This document shows, one piece after another, positions 1 to 12,392 of a stretch of 64,000 nucleotides of DNA; position 1 is the first letter of the stretch, and each line of letters starts with the position of its first letter. The DNA comes from Mobula hypostoma (taxonomy: Eukaryota). The position numbers were made by a program, and so were the translations under genes. A model generated the notes under the pieces. It was not told the DNA's origin. It was given only the letters and a program-made list of their open reading frames with translations, and did no database searches. The stretch spans positions 24,368,001-24,432,000 of the forward strand of contig NC_086109.1 in assembly GCF_963921235.1 (NCBI RefSeq). The letters run 5' to 3'.

Positions 1-2336
1 TCGGGTAACGTGGGACATCAGATTTGGCCACAGGTAGACCAAGGGTGCATGAAATGGCAGGTGGGTAGCTTGAGAGGTGGTGCATTCCTTCCATCTTTTA
101 CTCTGGGCTTCTCTGTGTCCTAATGAATGAACTCAAGGTTTTCAATGAACCTTCTCCATTCTAAGCAATCATATGAATAAGAACAGAAAAAATACACCAG
201 GAGCAGGCAAAGGTCATCTGACCCATCAGGCCTGCCTACTCAACAATTCAATAAAATCATTGGTGAGTGAATCCTATGAGTCGGAGTGGATCTTACATTT
301 TTTTCAAGAAGTCTCTGAAAACATCATTGAATTGTTCACTCTATTCACCTGATAACCTGATGCAGTGAGAAGACTCAGAATAATGCTTCTTGAATCAGAT
401 GTTGGGCCTTTGAACAACATGATCTGCCCATTAGAGTTGGCTGAGTTTTGGGGGTGTTGGCTGGGGAGACCACAGTGATGTTAGTTTATTACTCTTACCA
501 GTGGATTTGGAGGATTTTCAGAGACAGCTTTGGTGACACTATTTCATTGCACTGAGTTGAATTTAGTAGGTAGTCCATGTCTCAGTAGCCTATAGAGGGG
601 CAGGGGCCACTGTTGTCCAGAAGAATCTGAACTGTGTATTTTGCTTGAAGTCTCAATTTTCTGTTTTGGTTTTTACTGAGACATTGGAAGCATATGGGAT
701 GTAGTCTACATTTTCCAGGATCTTATTGTACACCGTTATTGTCAGAAGACAGGGAGGTACAACAGAGGGAGGTTGGTTGAGGTTTTTTTATTTATGTAGG
801 GGTTTCAAGATGGTCAGGAAAATTCATCTGGTTTACTAAATACATTGGGAAAGAAAATATGGTGTCTTTCCTGGCTTCATTCCAATGTAATCCTGTCAAT
901 TTAGGTTGAATGCTAAATACCTTTTGAAATGGCTTGCTAAGTCACTCAGATGTTTCAATTCTCTACAAAAATATATAACAAGAATAAACCAGATGGGCCA
1001 TTCAGCATAGGCCAGCTCAGCAGACAAGACCAGTTCACAACCAGACACAGCCCAGTAATCATATCATTTCCTCCTCACCCACATTTGACACATGCTAAAA
1101 TTGGGAGAGTTGTCAACCGAATGCCTCATAGTGAAGGCCAAAGATTCCTCAATCACCATCCCTGGGCATGTCCTATGCCAGCAACAGTACACACCCTGGG
1201 TTAAGTCATTGCCTCTGGACCCCTTGAAATCTCATGGTATCAGATCAAATGTTTACTATGTACTGGTAATAATTCTGGAATTGTGCTGGCAAAAGACAAG
1301 AGTAGCAGTAATAAGCGAAGATCACTACTTGAAGGTTCTCCTAAAGAGAAACTACATTCAGGTCTGGAAAAATATTAAGGATGTGTAAGGCTGGACTGTC
1401 AACACAAACCTTGACAACAACTCCTATAAGCTTTAAGTGAATAAATAAACATTGCAAGGGCACATTCTTACCATAACATGAGCTGGTTTATATATTTATC
1501 CTTGCACTTCTGCAGTTATTAACTTGGTACTCAACAATATCAAACCTTGACCCTTCCATTTTGCAACAACCACTATATTTCCTATCATCCTTTTCATTCC
1601 AAGATTCTTGAATACATCACCCTCTATATCAGTACTCATCATTTCCACACACAACGTTTGAATATCTCCATTTACGTTTCTGATCCTGAGATAGTATTGA
1701 TACTATTATTCTGAAAGTCACAAGAATGTGAAAGATCCAAAATGCAAAAGTGAGAAAGGAAAAGGAAGCTTCTTCCTTCTTCTCAACCTGCACACTGACT
1801 TTAATCTGGTTGGCCACACTGTCTTTCACCAGGCCTTCCCATTTGTTATCCAGCTGTGTGAAAATCCTCTTCCTCGTCTCCATTCTAAAGAAGATATAAT
1901 TCTGAGAAAGACCTGGAATAATTTTGATTCCAAACCTGCTCCATTGACCCTTGTGATATCACTGGAAACCTCCTATCTCTTACCCACACCATCCGTTGGT
2001 CTATCATAAATCCGGGATTATTCTGTGCTTTTTCAAAGTCCTTATGCACCTCAATTCCAAAAACCAAAAAAACATTGCCAGCCCTACAATCAGGCCAAGA
2101 TTTGAGAATTCTCTGCTCAAACCTCTTATGTCTCTTGTCTCTTATTTTTCCTTTAAAATCATATAAAGCTTATGTATATCCTTGCACCAAGCTTTCTCCT
2201 GAGACGGTGTCTCATTTTTGGTTGAATTTCATGAGATAAAGGAAAGGCACGAGAATTGTAAACAACATGCCTCTCCTGTAGGATGAACCAAAACTACAAG
2301 GTCCCTTGATTTTACCACAGCCTTCATTTTAATGCA

Positions 2337-2648
2337 CGTGGCCAAGTGGTTAAGGCATTCGACTAGCGATCTGAAGGTTGTGAGTTTGAGTCCCAGCCAA
2401 GGCAGCGTGTTGTGTCTTTGAGCAAGGCACTTAATCACACAGTGCTCGCGACAACTCTGGTGCCAAGCTGTATGGGTCCTAATGCCCTTCCCTTGGACAA
2501 CATCGGTGTCATGGAGAGGGGAGACTTGCAGCATGGGCAACTGCTGGTCTTCCAAACAACCTTGCCCAGGCCTGTGCCCTGGAGAGTGAAGGCTTTCCAG
2601 GCACAGATCCATGGTCTCACAAGACTAACGGATGCCTTACTTACTCAG
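2337..2648 (+). mobile_element. tRNA-headed SINE, copy 1 of 3
   Basis: Pol III A/B-box-like head (tggccaagtggttaagg...gtttgagtccc); body near-identical to 9088-9402 and 15225-15531; TSD tttaatgca at 2328-2336/2649-2657. Confidence 0.85.
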
Positions 2649-2662
2649 TTTAATGCAGGTTT

Positions 2663-2910
2663 ACTCCACACCCCTCACTGTAACACTAACAAATCATATC
2701 CCTCATTGTAATATTCTCTGATACACTACACCCCCTACTGTAACACTCTGATATTACCCATACTCCTCATTGCAACACCCGAACATAATCTGCACCCCCT
2801 TACAATACAATCCTGATAAAGCTACTCTGCTCACTGCTGCACTCTTGATATGATACACCATCAGTTTGTTATGCTATCTTTATGACAACGTTTCTCATTA
2901 ATACACTGCA
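2663..2910. repeat. Degenerate ~30-33 bp minisatellite
   Basis: Repeated variants of cccctcactgtaacact..gata. Confidence 0.65.
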
Positions 2911-3912
2911 TTTGACCTCATCTTCACCTTAAATTTATCATTTTCTGGAGTACTACTTATTATGGGGAACGTCAACTCAGGCCATGAGAGGCCTGTGTTG
3001 GGCATTTTCATGCTTTACAAGGCGCAGGCATTACTTGCAAGGCATTACTTATAATGATTTGGGATAATTTATTGGTTGGTTTCCTAGTGCAAAGCTGCAA
3101 ACATACTCTTCTCGAAAATAGCAAGTGGAAGTTTTTGGGATTTAGTTTAAAGGGCATGGGAATTGGAAAAAATGGATAGTTGTTTCAGACATGATGAGTG
3201 AACACACTCATCTGTGTTGTGTCATGTGGAATGTGATTGTATTATTCTTCAATAATTGAGTGATTGTCTCATGATTTGGCAGATAAGTGAGGGTTGCACC
3301 CATTCCTTTCAGCCTTTTACTCTTCTGACAGCAAGACTGGAGCTTAAATGGATGAACTTTGTCTAATATTATGCTACTTCAGAAATATTAACGGATGTTA
3401 AAATTTGTCATCAGACACTAAGCAGAAGTAAGGCCATTTGTTGTTTATTGCTGATCTGAATTAGCCTAAGTACAGACACCTCATGCAGAGGATCGCTGTG
3501 CAACCATGTGGAAAATGCATGCACAGGCCTGTATCCTGACTGTGGGCTGGTGCTGAGAGTTCCATGATGTGAAGTGGGAATAGTTGGTCAGAGCCTCTTT
3601 CCATTTATTAGGTTTAGGTATGAGAAGGCTGAACGAGAGTTGTGGTGCCAGAAGGAAAATTTAAAGCTGTTGCATCCTATGAAACTATGCTGTTGCTATA
3701 AAAATCCTTGGAGGCTAGGTATGGAGGTAGATCATGGGATAGAGAGGAGAGAATGTGGTTAAATAAGATGCAAAAGTGCAATAAACATGAGCAGCCAGGT
3801 GGTTAAAGGACACAACTGCTTTCTAAGGTCTCAAACGGCAATTGCTTAGTTAGAACAATGCAGTTTGTTTGTTCTCAAGCAGTTCAAGTAAAGAGCTGGT
3901 TTGTACAGTATA

Positions 3913-4453
3913 CACTGAGTGGCCACTTTATTAGCTACCTCCTGTGCCTAAAAAAGCGGGCCACTGTGTACTTGTTTGTGGTCTCCTGTTGCTGTAGCCC
4001 CTCTACTTCAGAGATTCAGAAATTGTGTATTCAGAGATGTTCTTTTGCATACCACTGTTGTAAAGTGTGACTATCTGAGTTACTGCTGCATTCTGCTCTG
4101 AACTCTCTCACTAACAAAGCACTTTTGCCCACAGAACTGCTGCCCACTGGATTTTTTTTTGATATTTGCACCATTCTCTGTAAACTTTAGACACTGTTGT
4201 GTATGAAGACACTAGGAGATCAGGCGTATCTGAGGTACTCAAACTACCCCATCCCGCACTAACAATCATTCCATGGTCAAAGTCACTTTGATCACATTTC
4301 TTCCCCATTCTGATGTTTGGTCTGAACAACAACTGAACCTCTTGACCATGTCTGCGTGCCTTCATACATTGAGTTGCTGTCACATGTTTGGCTGGTTAGA
4401 TACTTGATTCACGAGCAGGTGTAAGATGTACCTAATAAAGTGGCCACTGAGTG
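3913..4453 (-). mobile_element. Non-autonomous Tc1-like DNA transposon
   Basis: TIRs CACT(G/C)AGTGGCCACTTTATTAG with TA flanks (3911-12, 4454-55); minus strand reads a Tc1 N-terminal HTH remnant MGKKCDQSDFDHGMIV...TTVSKVYREW. Confidence 0.85.
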
Positions 4454-5699
4454 TAAACTGCAGTCAAAAGATAAAGAACAAATGGTAGTTAGAATGACTG
4501 TTGCCGCTTCTGATTATGGAGAACTCTTTTGCCTCAACATACGTTTTCTGTTGACCTTCTGTCTCTATGCATCTGTTCTCAGTGAAAGTTGCGGAACTTC
4601 ATCCAGGACAGAATTATGGATACGGAGAAGGAAGGGTATTTTACATTTCTCCAATCCAGTGGTAGTTTCTTTACTCTGGTAGATATTGCCTGATATTTCA
4701 ATGATTTAAGCTGATCATTTGTCTTCACTTTCTATCAAGCTTAATGTTAGCATCAGTTCATACCTGAATGTCTTCTTTGTCTTCCTTCTTCTTAAACATT
4801 TCCTCAGAGGTTGCTTAATTATTCTCCAGTTTTGTGGTTTCTGAGTTAACTAACGAGGCCAATATGGGAACCACATACTCTTCCATAGATGAGCAAGTGG
4901 TGACTGAGAGATGGGTGATTCATAAGGTGGCATCTCCAGTATAGATGAGAAGTCTCAACCCAAAATATCAACTGCCCATTTTTCTGCCCAGTTCTGCCTG
5001 ACCTACTGAGTGCCCAGCATGAGGCTCTGATTACACTCCATCATCAACGTTCAGCAGCCCAGGTTACTTACATGCTTGGTACCAATTTCTCAAATTGAAA
5101 ACTATTTTTAGCTCTGCCATAGAAAGAGATTAACAGATAGACAGAGGACAGGAGGAACACTACCTTTGTGAAGGTGGCAGGAAGATGGGGTGAGAACGGA
5201 TGTCTGTGAAATGGAGGATTTGCAGGTGAGGGCAGTCTCAATAGTGGAGGTTATTGTTGGAGACAATTTTCTGATTGGGCGTCCCCTGCAAGAGGGAGGT
5301 AAGCGGAGGTGTCTGAGAGTTGTCGCCTTGCCTCAGCAAGGTAGAGGTCAGTCCACCAAACTACAACAGCACCCCCTTTGTTTGCAGGTTTGATAGTAAG
5401 ATTGGGATTGCTGCAGAGAGAGTAAAGGGCAGTTCGCTCAGAAGGGTTAAGGTTTGAGGAGGAGTGAGAAGAGCTGAAGTTTAGCTGGTTGATGTCTCAT
5501 CAATAACAGAGATGAACAGTTCCCAGAACTGTAGCAGACATAAAGGACCGAGATGGTGCAATCAGAGGTGGGGGTAATGTAATATGGGTGTCATTTCTAT
5601 CTTAAGACATAAGGAAAGTTCAAGTTGTCAAGTTGCAATGGAAGCTGCAGGTAGGAAATATCTTTATAAATGTGGAAATACATTCTGTGCTTTAATCAT

Positions 5700-6185
5700 G
5701 TATAGAGTCATAGTGCATAGAATATAGAGCTTTACAGCACTGGAAAGGATTGTTGACCCTTGGCCATGAAGCCAAATTAAACTAAACATGAACATCTCCC
5801 TCCATTTTCTGCATGTTGTAAATCGCTCTCAAATAGCACTATTGTGCCTGCATCCTTTAAACCCCTGGTAATATATTACAGACACTTACCACTCACTGTG
5901 TAAAAACAAAGTTACTCTGCAATCTCCTTTAAAATTTCCCCTTTCATATTAAAGTTACATCCCTGAGTATTTGAATTTCTACTATGGGAAAACGATTCTG
6001 TATAGCCTATCTATGCTTGTCATCAGTTTATAAACATCAGTCAGGTCTCATGTCACCTTCTGATGATCCAGAGAAAACAACTCAAGTTTGTCCAACTTCT
6101 CCTTACAGCCAATACTCTCTAATCCAGATAGCATTCCAGTGAACTTGTGCACACTCACCAAAGCATCTAAAAGCAATGCACACAA
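5700..6185 (-). mobile_element. Old CR1 LINE 3' fragment
   Basis: Reverse similarity to the 3' end of the CR1 at 57.4-57.9 kb. Confidence 0.65.
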
Positions 6186-6359
6186 TCATGAGGAGAGTTA
6201 TGTTTAAAATCATCTCAGGTTAAAGACACAAAATAATGTTTTAAGTTAAAGAGCAGTTTGCAAAGGAACTGCTGAAAGTGGTTACTGCCTGTACAGAGAC
6301 AAGGGCAGCAATTCAAAGGGAGGATCTTGCCAGATTTCCTTATTCAATGGCCCAGGAGG

Positions 6360-7462
6360 CCATTAGAAAATAAAAAGATTTTGTTCAGTTTTAATTCAAA
6401 AAAAAATCTGGGTATCACTTAATGAGAAAGAGGGAGGAATAATCACGGATACAAACAAGGAAGGACAAGTTGATCAGAGGGATTCAATGCAAGACTCAGT
6501 TCCTCAGAACAGTAGGATTTCAGTCTGTGCTTAATTAGCTGACCTCAGCCAGGGCAGTAATTGTATAAGACACAAACTGTTGCAGCCTCCTGGGCCATTG
6601 AATAGGGAAATCAGACAAGATTCTCCCTTTGAATTGCTGCCCTTGACACTGCAATAGAACTTCACCTATAATTCAGATGTTCACTGTAATATACAGGATC
6701 ACATATTGGCACTTTGTTTATAAAACTCCCACCCAAAGACTGGAATTCTCCCATGGTGTTGTATATCCCTATTTCTTAAACCCCTTCCAATCTTGCAAAT
6801 ATCCAAGGCCTCTGTATACCTCCAGTTCTAGCCCCTGTGTATATTTCCAGTTTTAATCCTTGTACCATTTGCTGGTCAGGCCCAAGTTGCTTCCTTGAAC
6901 TGCTCTTTCTCTGTATTTCTTTCCTTTCAACTAAAAAAAGTCAGAAAGAAGGAAAAGAAGGAATATAAAGGTAAGCTAGACAATAATATTAAAAAGGATA
7001 CCAAAGTTTCTTCAGATATAGAAAGAGTAAAAGAGAAGTGAGAGTAGATATTGGTGCACTGGAAAATGATGCTGGAGAGGTAGTAACGGGGGACAAGGAA
7101 ATGGTGGACAATCTGAATAAGTATTTTGCATCACCGTGGAGAACATTAGCAGAGTGCCTCAGGTCCAAGAGTGTCAGGGGGCAGAAGTGAGTGAAGTTGA
7201 CATTACGAGGGAGAAGGTGTTTGAGAAGCTGAAAGGTATGAAAGTAGTTTGTATTTTATAGAATTACTGACCTGGCTGAGGTCAGCTAATTAAGCACAGA
7301 CTGAAATCCTACTGTTCTGAGGAACTGAGTCTTGCATTGAATCCCTCTGATCAACTTGTCCTTCCTTGTTCGTAGCCGTGATTATTCCTCCCCCTTTCTC
7401 ATAAGTGATACTCAAGATCTCTCTGAATTTAAACTGAACAAAATCTTTTTATTTTTTAATGG
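6360..7462. repeat. Inverted repeat, arms 6360-6578 and 7246-7462
   Basis: Direct reverse-complement match, e.g. gattcaatgcaagactcagttcctcagaacagtaggatttcagtctgtgcttaattagctgacctcagccagg. Confidence 0.9.
6965..7245 (+). mobile_element. Internal CR1 ORF2 fragment
   Basis: Similar to 41.30-41.58 kb of the decayed CR1. Confidence 0.7.
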
Positions 7463-7686
7463 AAAACAATAGACCATATTCAATGCTCCTGAATAATAAT
7501 ATTTTTTTTTGCAGCAGACTTCTTCATTGATCGAACAGTGGCCCACTAGCTCTTCCAATCATCTCCCTATTGTCTAGCGTCATTGATTCATACAGTATAG
7601 AAACAGACACTTCAGCTCACTGTATCCATGTCATTATTAAATACTCATCCATTCTCATTGTACTTACCAGCAATTGGTCCATAGAC

Positions 7687-7957
7687 AGGGCATATTTTTA
7701 AGGTGCTTGGAAGTAGGTACAGAGGAGATGTCAGGGGTAAGTTTTTTACACAGAGTGGTGAGTGCGTGTAATGGGCTGCTGGCGGCGGCGGCGGAGGCGA
7801 AGATGATAGGGTCTTTTCAGAGACTCCTGGATGGAGTTTAGAAAAATAGAGGGCTATGGGTAAGCCTAGGTAGTTCTAAGGTAAGGACATGTTTGGCACA
7901 GCTTTGTGGGCCGAAGGGCCTGTATTGTGCTGTAGGTTTTCTATGTTTCTATGTTTC
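7687..7957 (+). mobile_element. Young 5'-truncated CR1 3' end
   Basis: (tttctatg)n tail; tagac direct repeat at both flanks; near-identical to the reverse of 42258-42530. Confidence 0.85.
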
Positions 7958-9087
7958 TAGACTACAAAATACTGGCATTCGCTGGCTTATGCGCTCACTA
8001 AACATATTTTATTTAAAGATTGACTAAAAGAACTTTCCTTAAATTATTTCAGCCACACATCAACAAAGCTAGAAACTCTTTCTCTTAAACTACTGGTTGA
8101 AAAATTAAGACCTTTTGAGGCACGATCTATGCCAGGAATTTTGAGTAGCTCCTGTAGACCACAATAAAATGAAGATCAGTGAACATTAGGATGGTTTGAT
8201 TTGATTGTGGAGTTTTCAGTAACAGTTGATCTTTTCTACTTCTTGTAGAATGAGATCGGTCTCTAATGAATTTGAACTTTGGTCCAAGTGGACAAAATTT
8301 CAGAAAGTAAGTTGCACTTACATTTTGTCTTCCAAGACAAAATTAACTGCTATTGAAAAGTAGAAATAATGACAGCCAATTTGAGCTTAGTAAGCTCCCA
8401 AGAACAAACATATCCAGATATTTGTTGAGAAGTTAATAATAGGCAGGATAGAAAAGAGAATGCATCTGATTTTCTCGAAAATAGTGCCATTGGCTCAGTG
8501 CTTTTGTAGAAATGTGGTACATTGATCCAGAAAATATAATAGAATGGTAGAGTCATGTAGAAAATGGCAGGTGTATACAGATGTCTGTACTTGCCAGGTA
8601 TTAATCATTGTCTTCAATTTCTTCTTGTGATAAATTACTTCTTGGCCCTGCCACAATGAAAACAGAAGTGAGGAAGGTACCTGAGAGCAGGTGTGAATTA
8701 AGAAAAAAGTATGTAAGGAAAGAAAGCATGTGTGAAATAATTTGAGAGGGTGTTCCTAACACAGCTTGGGAACTTAACAAATTATGATTTTCCAGAATGT
8801 CCATGGATAACCTTAGGCTAAATATCTTCATATGTGTATTGATGCTTTAATGGGAATTACCGGAGATTCATGCAGTTGATTTGGACAGCTGACAAGAATA
8901 GCAGAAGTTCAGAGTGTGTTCCCATTACCTGTCCAATATTCCTCTCCTAAATGCACAGATCCATGCCTTTGATAGAATTTTCAGTGAACTTATTATCAAG
9001 AAAAATATGGCTTTGGATCAGACCAAGTAATTATTTTGTATAGTGCGTCCAAAACAGATAATTTTATAAAGCCAATATCCAAAAGAG

Positions 9088-9402
9088 CGTGGGCACGTGG
9101 CCAAGTTGTTAAGGCATTTGACTAGCGATCTGAAGGTTGTGAGTTTGAGCTCCAGCTGAGGCAACGTGTTGTGTCCTTGAGCAAGGCACTTAATCACACA
9201 GTGCTCTGTGACGACACTGGTGCCATGCTGTATGGGTCCTAGTGCCCTTCCCTTGGACAAGATCAGTGTCGTGGAGAGGGGAGACTTGCAGCATTGGCAA
9301 CTGCCGGTCTTCCATACAACCTTGCCCAGGCCTGCGTCCTGGAGAGTGAAGACTTTCCAGGTGCAGATCCATGGTCTCGCAAGACTAACGGATGCCTTAT
9401 AT
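9088..9402 (+). mobile_element. tRNA-headed SINE, copy 2
   Basis: 13-bp TSD atatccaaaagag (9075-9087/9403-9415); matches copies 1 and 3. Confidence 0.9.
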
Positions 9403-9602
9403 ATATCCAAAAGAGAAAAGCCCATTAAGGGCCAAAATTGGATTTTTCTTATTGATGTTGGGGGTACAGTTATGGTACCGGTGAGTGATTAGGATAGTGT
9501 TTCCAAGGAGAGATATCCATGGAAGAGGTAAATGAGACACTTCACATGTTGAAGAGGATGGAGCACAGAGTATTAGAAAAGTTGGCTGAACTCTGAGTAA
9601 GT

Positions 9603-9970
9603 AAGTTCAAAATAAATTTATTATCAAATTACATACATGTCACCATATACTACCTTGAGATCCTGAGATTTGCTTTCTTGCGGTAAATCCAAGAAACACA
9701 ATAGAATCAATGAAAGACCACACCCAACAGGACGGAAGAACAACCAATGTGCAATGTACAAAAGACAGCAAACTGTGCAAATAAAAATAAGAAAATGATG
9801 ATAATAATGAATAAATAAGCGGTAAATATCGAAAAAAAAAACATGAGATGGAGAGTCCTTGAAAATGATTCCATAGGTTGTGGGAACAGTTTGCTAATGG
9901 GGCAAGTAAAGTTGAGTGAAGTTACCCTTCTGGTTCAAGAGCTTGATGATTGAGGGATATTAACTGGATG
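9603..9970 (-). mobile_element. Rex1/Babar-like LINE 3' end
   Basis: Reverse tail ttcaaa..aaatttattatcaaa, similar to tails near 13.5 and 43.55 kb. Confidence 0.55.
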
Positions 9971-10479
9971 CATAGGGGAAAAATCACAGTAAATTACTGA
10001 AAAGAAACTTTCAATTAATTTTGAATAATGCTGGGGGTGTGGTTTGGTACAAGGGGACTGGAGAGTAATGAATGGTACTCTTTTTTCAATAAAGTGAGTA
10101 AAAATAAAACTAACATTCATCTTGATCTCCTAAAAAACATTGATTTGGGACAGAATTAACAGACAAGTAAAGGAAAATGGATTGTTTAATTAATTAATTC
10201 ATCCAAACCAGCTTGGATTTAGTAAAGGAAGATTCTGTTTAACCAACTTGAATTTTTGCTGAGGTATCAAGTTGATAAGAGTAACATGGCTCACATGGTA
10301 TATGTGAACTTCGAAAAAATTTGGAATAAAATTCTACATAATAGGAAACTTAACTATTAATAACATTCATTTATCAACATAGTTCAAATAATAAATTGGA
10401 ACTTTAAGTAGGGAAATGGTCTTCTTTGATTACTGACGAAGTCAGTATGAGAGTTTTGGGTGATAATTAAATTCCACCC

Positions 10480-10761
10480 ATGGCAGCATAGTTGTTAGCA
10501 CAATGCATTACAGTTCCAGCGACCCAGGTTCACTTCCCACTGCTGCCTGTAAGGAGTTCATATGTTCTCCCCATGACTGCGTGGGTTTCCTCCAGGCACT
10601 CTGGTTTCCACCCACTCTCTAAAGACATATCGGTTGGCAGATTAATTGGTCATTGTAAATTGTCCTGTGAATAGGCAGATTTAAATCTGGAGATTGCTGG
10701 GTGGGGCAGTTCAAAGGGTCAAGAAGGTCTATTCCATGCTGGATCTCAACAAATAAATAAA
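10480..10761 (+). mobile_element. V-SINE-type tRNA SINE
   Basis: tRNA-like head, V-domain-like gtgggtttcctcc...ggtttcc, (aaat)n tail. Confidence 0.75.
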
Positions 10762-10891
10762 CTGCTCTGATAAGGTATGGAATTGAAGTCGAGACTGGAT
10801 CCATAACAGAGGTATTAGTTTGAATCCATATGCAGTAGTTGAGGAATTTAAATTCAAGAAGCTAAACAAATTTAGAAGGAAAATTAAATCA

Positions 10892-11049
10892 ATACAAAAT
10901 GCAGGAGGAACTCAGCAGGCTAGGCAGCACCTGCCAGTTTGTGAGAATGAAAGACTTTTTTCCACAGATGCTGCCTGGCCTCCCGAGTTCCTCCAGCATT
11001 TTGTGTGCGTTGCTTGGATTCCCAGCATCTTCAGATTTTTTCTTGTTTG
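10892..11049. mobile_element. Short Penelope pLTR-derived foldback
   Basis: acaaaatgcaggaggaactcagcagg... inverted against cagatgctgcctggcc...ccagcattttgtg, plus a tail on one arm. Confidence 0.7.
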
Positions 11050-11929
11050 GGAGGAACATTTAGTGGTATCGATAATGAAAACAAAATTATGGATTGCCAT
11101 TGAAGCTCTTCAGGTTCTTGGGTTTCTTTCAGGGAAGAAAGTCTTTCATTCCCATGAACTTGATTCCGCAGCCTCCGAAGTAGGTGAATCTCAAATGCCC
11201 TCTGAAATGGCAAATGCTCAGCTCAGGGAGAAAATAGGAATGGATAACGAATGCTGACTTTGTAATTATTAGGAACAATTTAAAACTAAACAGTAATCTG
11301 GATATGATAATGACATTATTGCAGACGGTTAGTATAAAAGTAGAATCACAAAAAGAAATTTCCCTTGCTATTCTATTTCTGATGCAAGCACTGTTTGTAT
11401 TTCAGCCCAAATATTTCAACCAAATGTAAGATCTTCACAGTAAAATTACCACTGAATCATATACCAGCTGGAAACCTGAGATTCTGTTCCCAAAGCGGGT
11501 TAGTCTTCAACTCTGACAGGTTTATGGAGAAGTTTGTTATTGCAAATCTGACTGAACTGTAGATATGCTCAAAGTTTTTTTTAAAAGTTCCATGTAAATT
11601 GAGTCAATGGAAAAATAACCACAGTCCAAATGGACTTATATGGAAACACTGGCGAGCATTCATTACAATACTCCTGTTAAAAAAAAAATGCCCTGCCATA
11701 TAATCCAAAGATGCTGCATTAAAATATTGGAAAGTGTTCAAATGTTATTACATGGAAACAATGAAATGGCAGTGAAGGGTAAATCTGTGAAAGACTCAGC
11801 AAATATCTCAGAATTTGTGTAGTTGCACCTTTTTACAAGCTTGTGACTGGCATCTGAAGATTGTAATTCAATGGGAATTGAATTATTGCGATCAAAGTTT
11901 GGACAAACAGACAAGGTGTCTAAAGATAA

Positions 11930-12392
11930 TCATGCGAAGAGACGACTTATCAGGATGCAACCTGAGTTAGAGAATGTCTTATGAAGAAAGATTAAATGAG
12001 CTAAAGCTTTTCTCTTTGGAGTAAAGTGTGAGGACAGGTGACTTGATGGACAGGTATAAGATAATAAGAGACGTAGATAAAGTGTACATCCAGCACTGTT
12101 TTCCCAGAGTGTTAATGGCTAATACAAGAGGACGTAATTTTAAGGTGATTGGAGGAAAGTATAGGGGAGATGTCAGAAGGAGGCTTTTTATACAGGGAGT
12201 GCTAAATGCATGGAACATACTGCCAGAGGAAAATACTTTAGGGACATTTAAGGCATATTTAGGTCAGTACATGGATGAAAGAAGAATGAAGGGCTATATG
12301 AAAAGTAAGGGTTAGATTGATCTTGGAGCAGGTTAAAAGGTCAGTACAACATTATGGGCCAAATGATCTGTACTATGTTGTACTGTTCCATA
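11930..12392 (+). mobile_element. CR1 3' fragment
   Basis: ORF 12028-12315 resembles the CR1 ORF2 C-terminus (GDL..YKII..TRG.NFKV..AWN.LP). Confidence 0.8.

Noticed and set aside
1629..2009. ORFs of 84-93 aa
   Set aside because: Likely an ancient L2-type RT remnant or noise; no supportable product.
2337..2405. tRNA-like sequence
   Set aside because: It is a SINE head with a continuous SINE body and TSD, not a tRNA gene.
2229..2711. Overlapping ORFs repeated at 9.0-9.5 kb and 15.3-15.6 kb that look like a small gene family
   Set aside because: They are chance frames within three copies of one SINE.
2663..2910. Periodic repeat resembling a CRISPR array
   Set aside because: Degenerate tandem units without unique spacers, eukaryotic context, no cas genes.
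8249..8306. Plus-strand 58-nt exon-like segment with strong splice sites (MRSVSNEFELWSKWTKFQK); similar candidates near 4.6, 14.0-14.3, 23.2-23.4 and 58.4-58.6 kb
   Set aside because: No recognisable protein and no convincing in-frame chain; needs RNA-seq.
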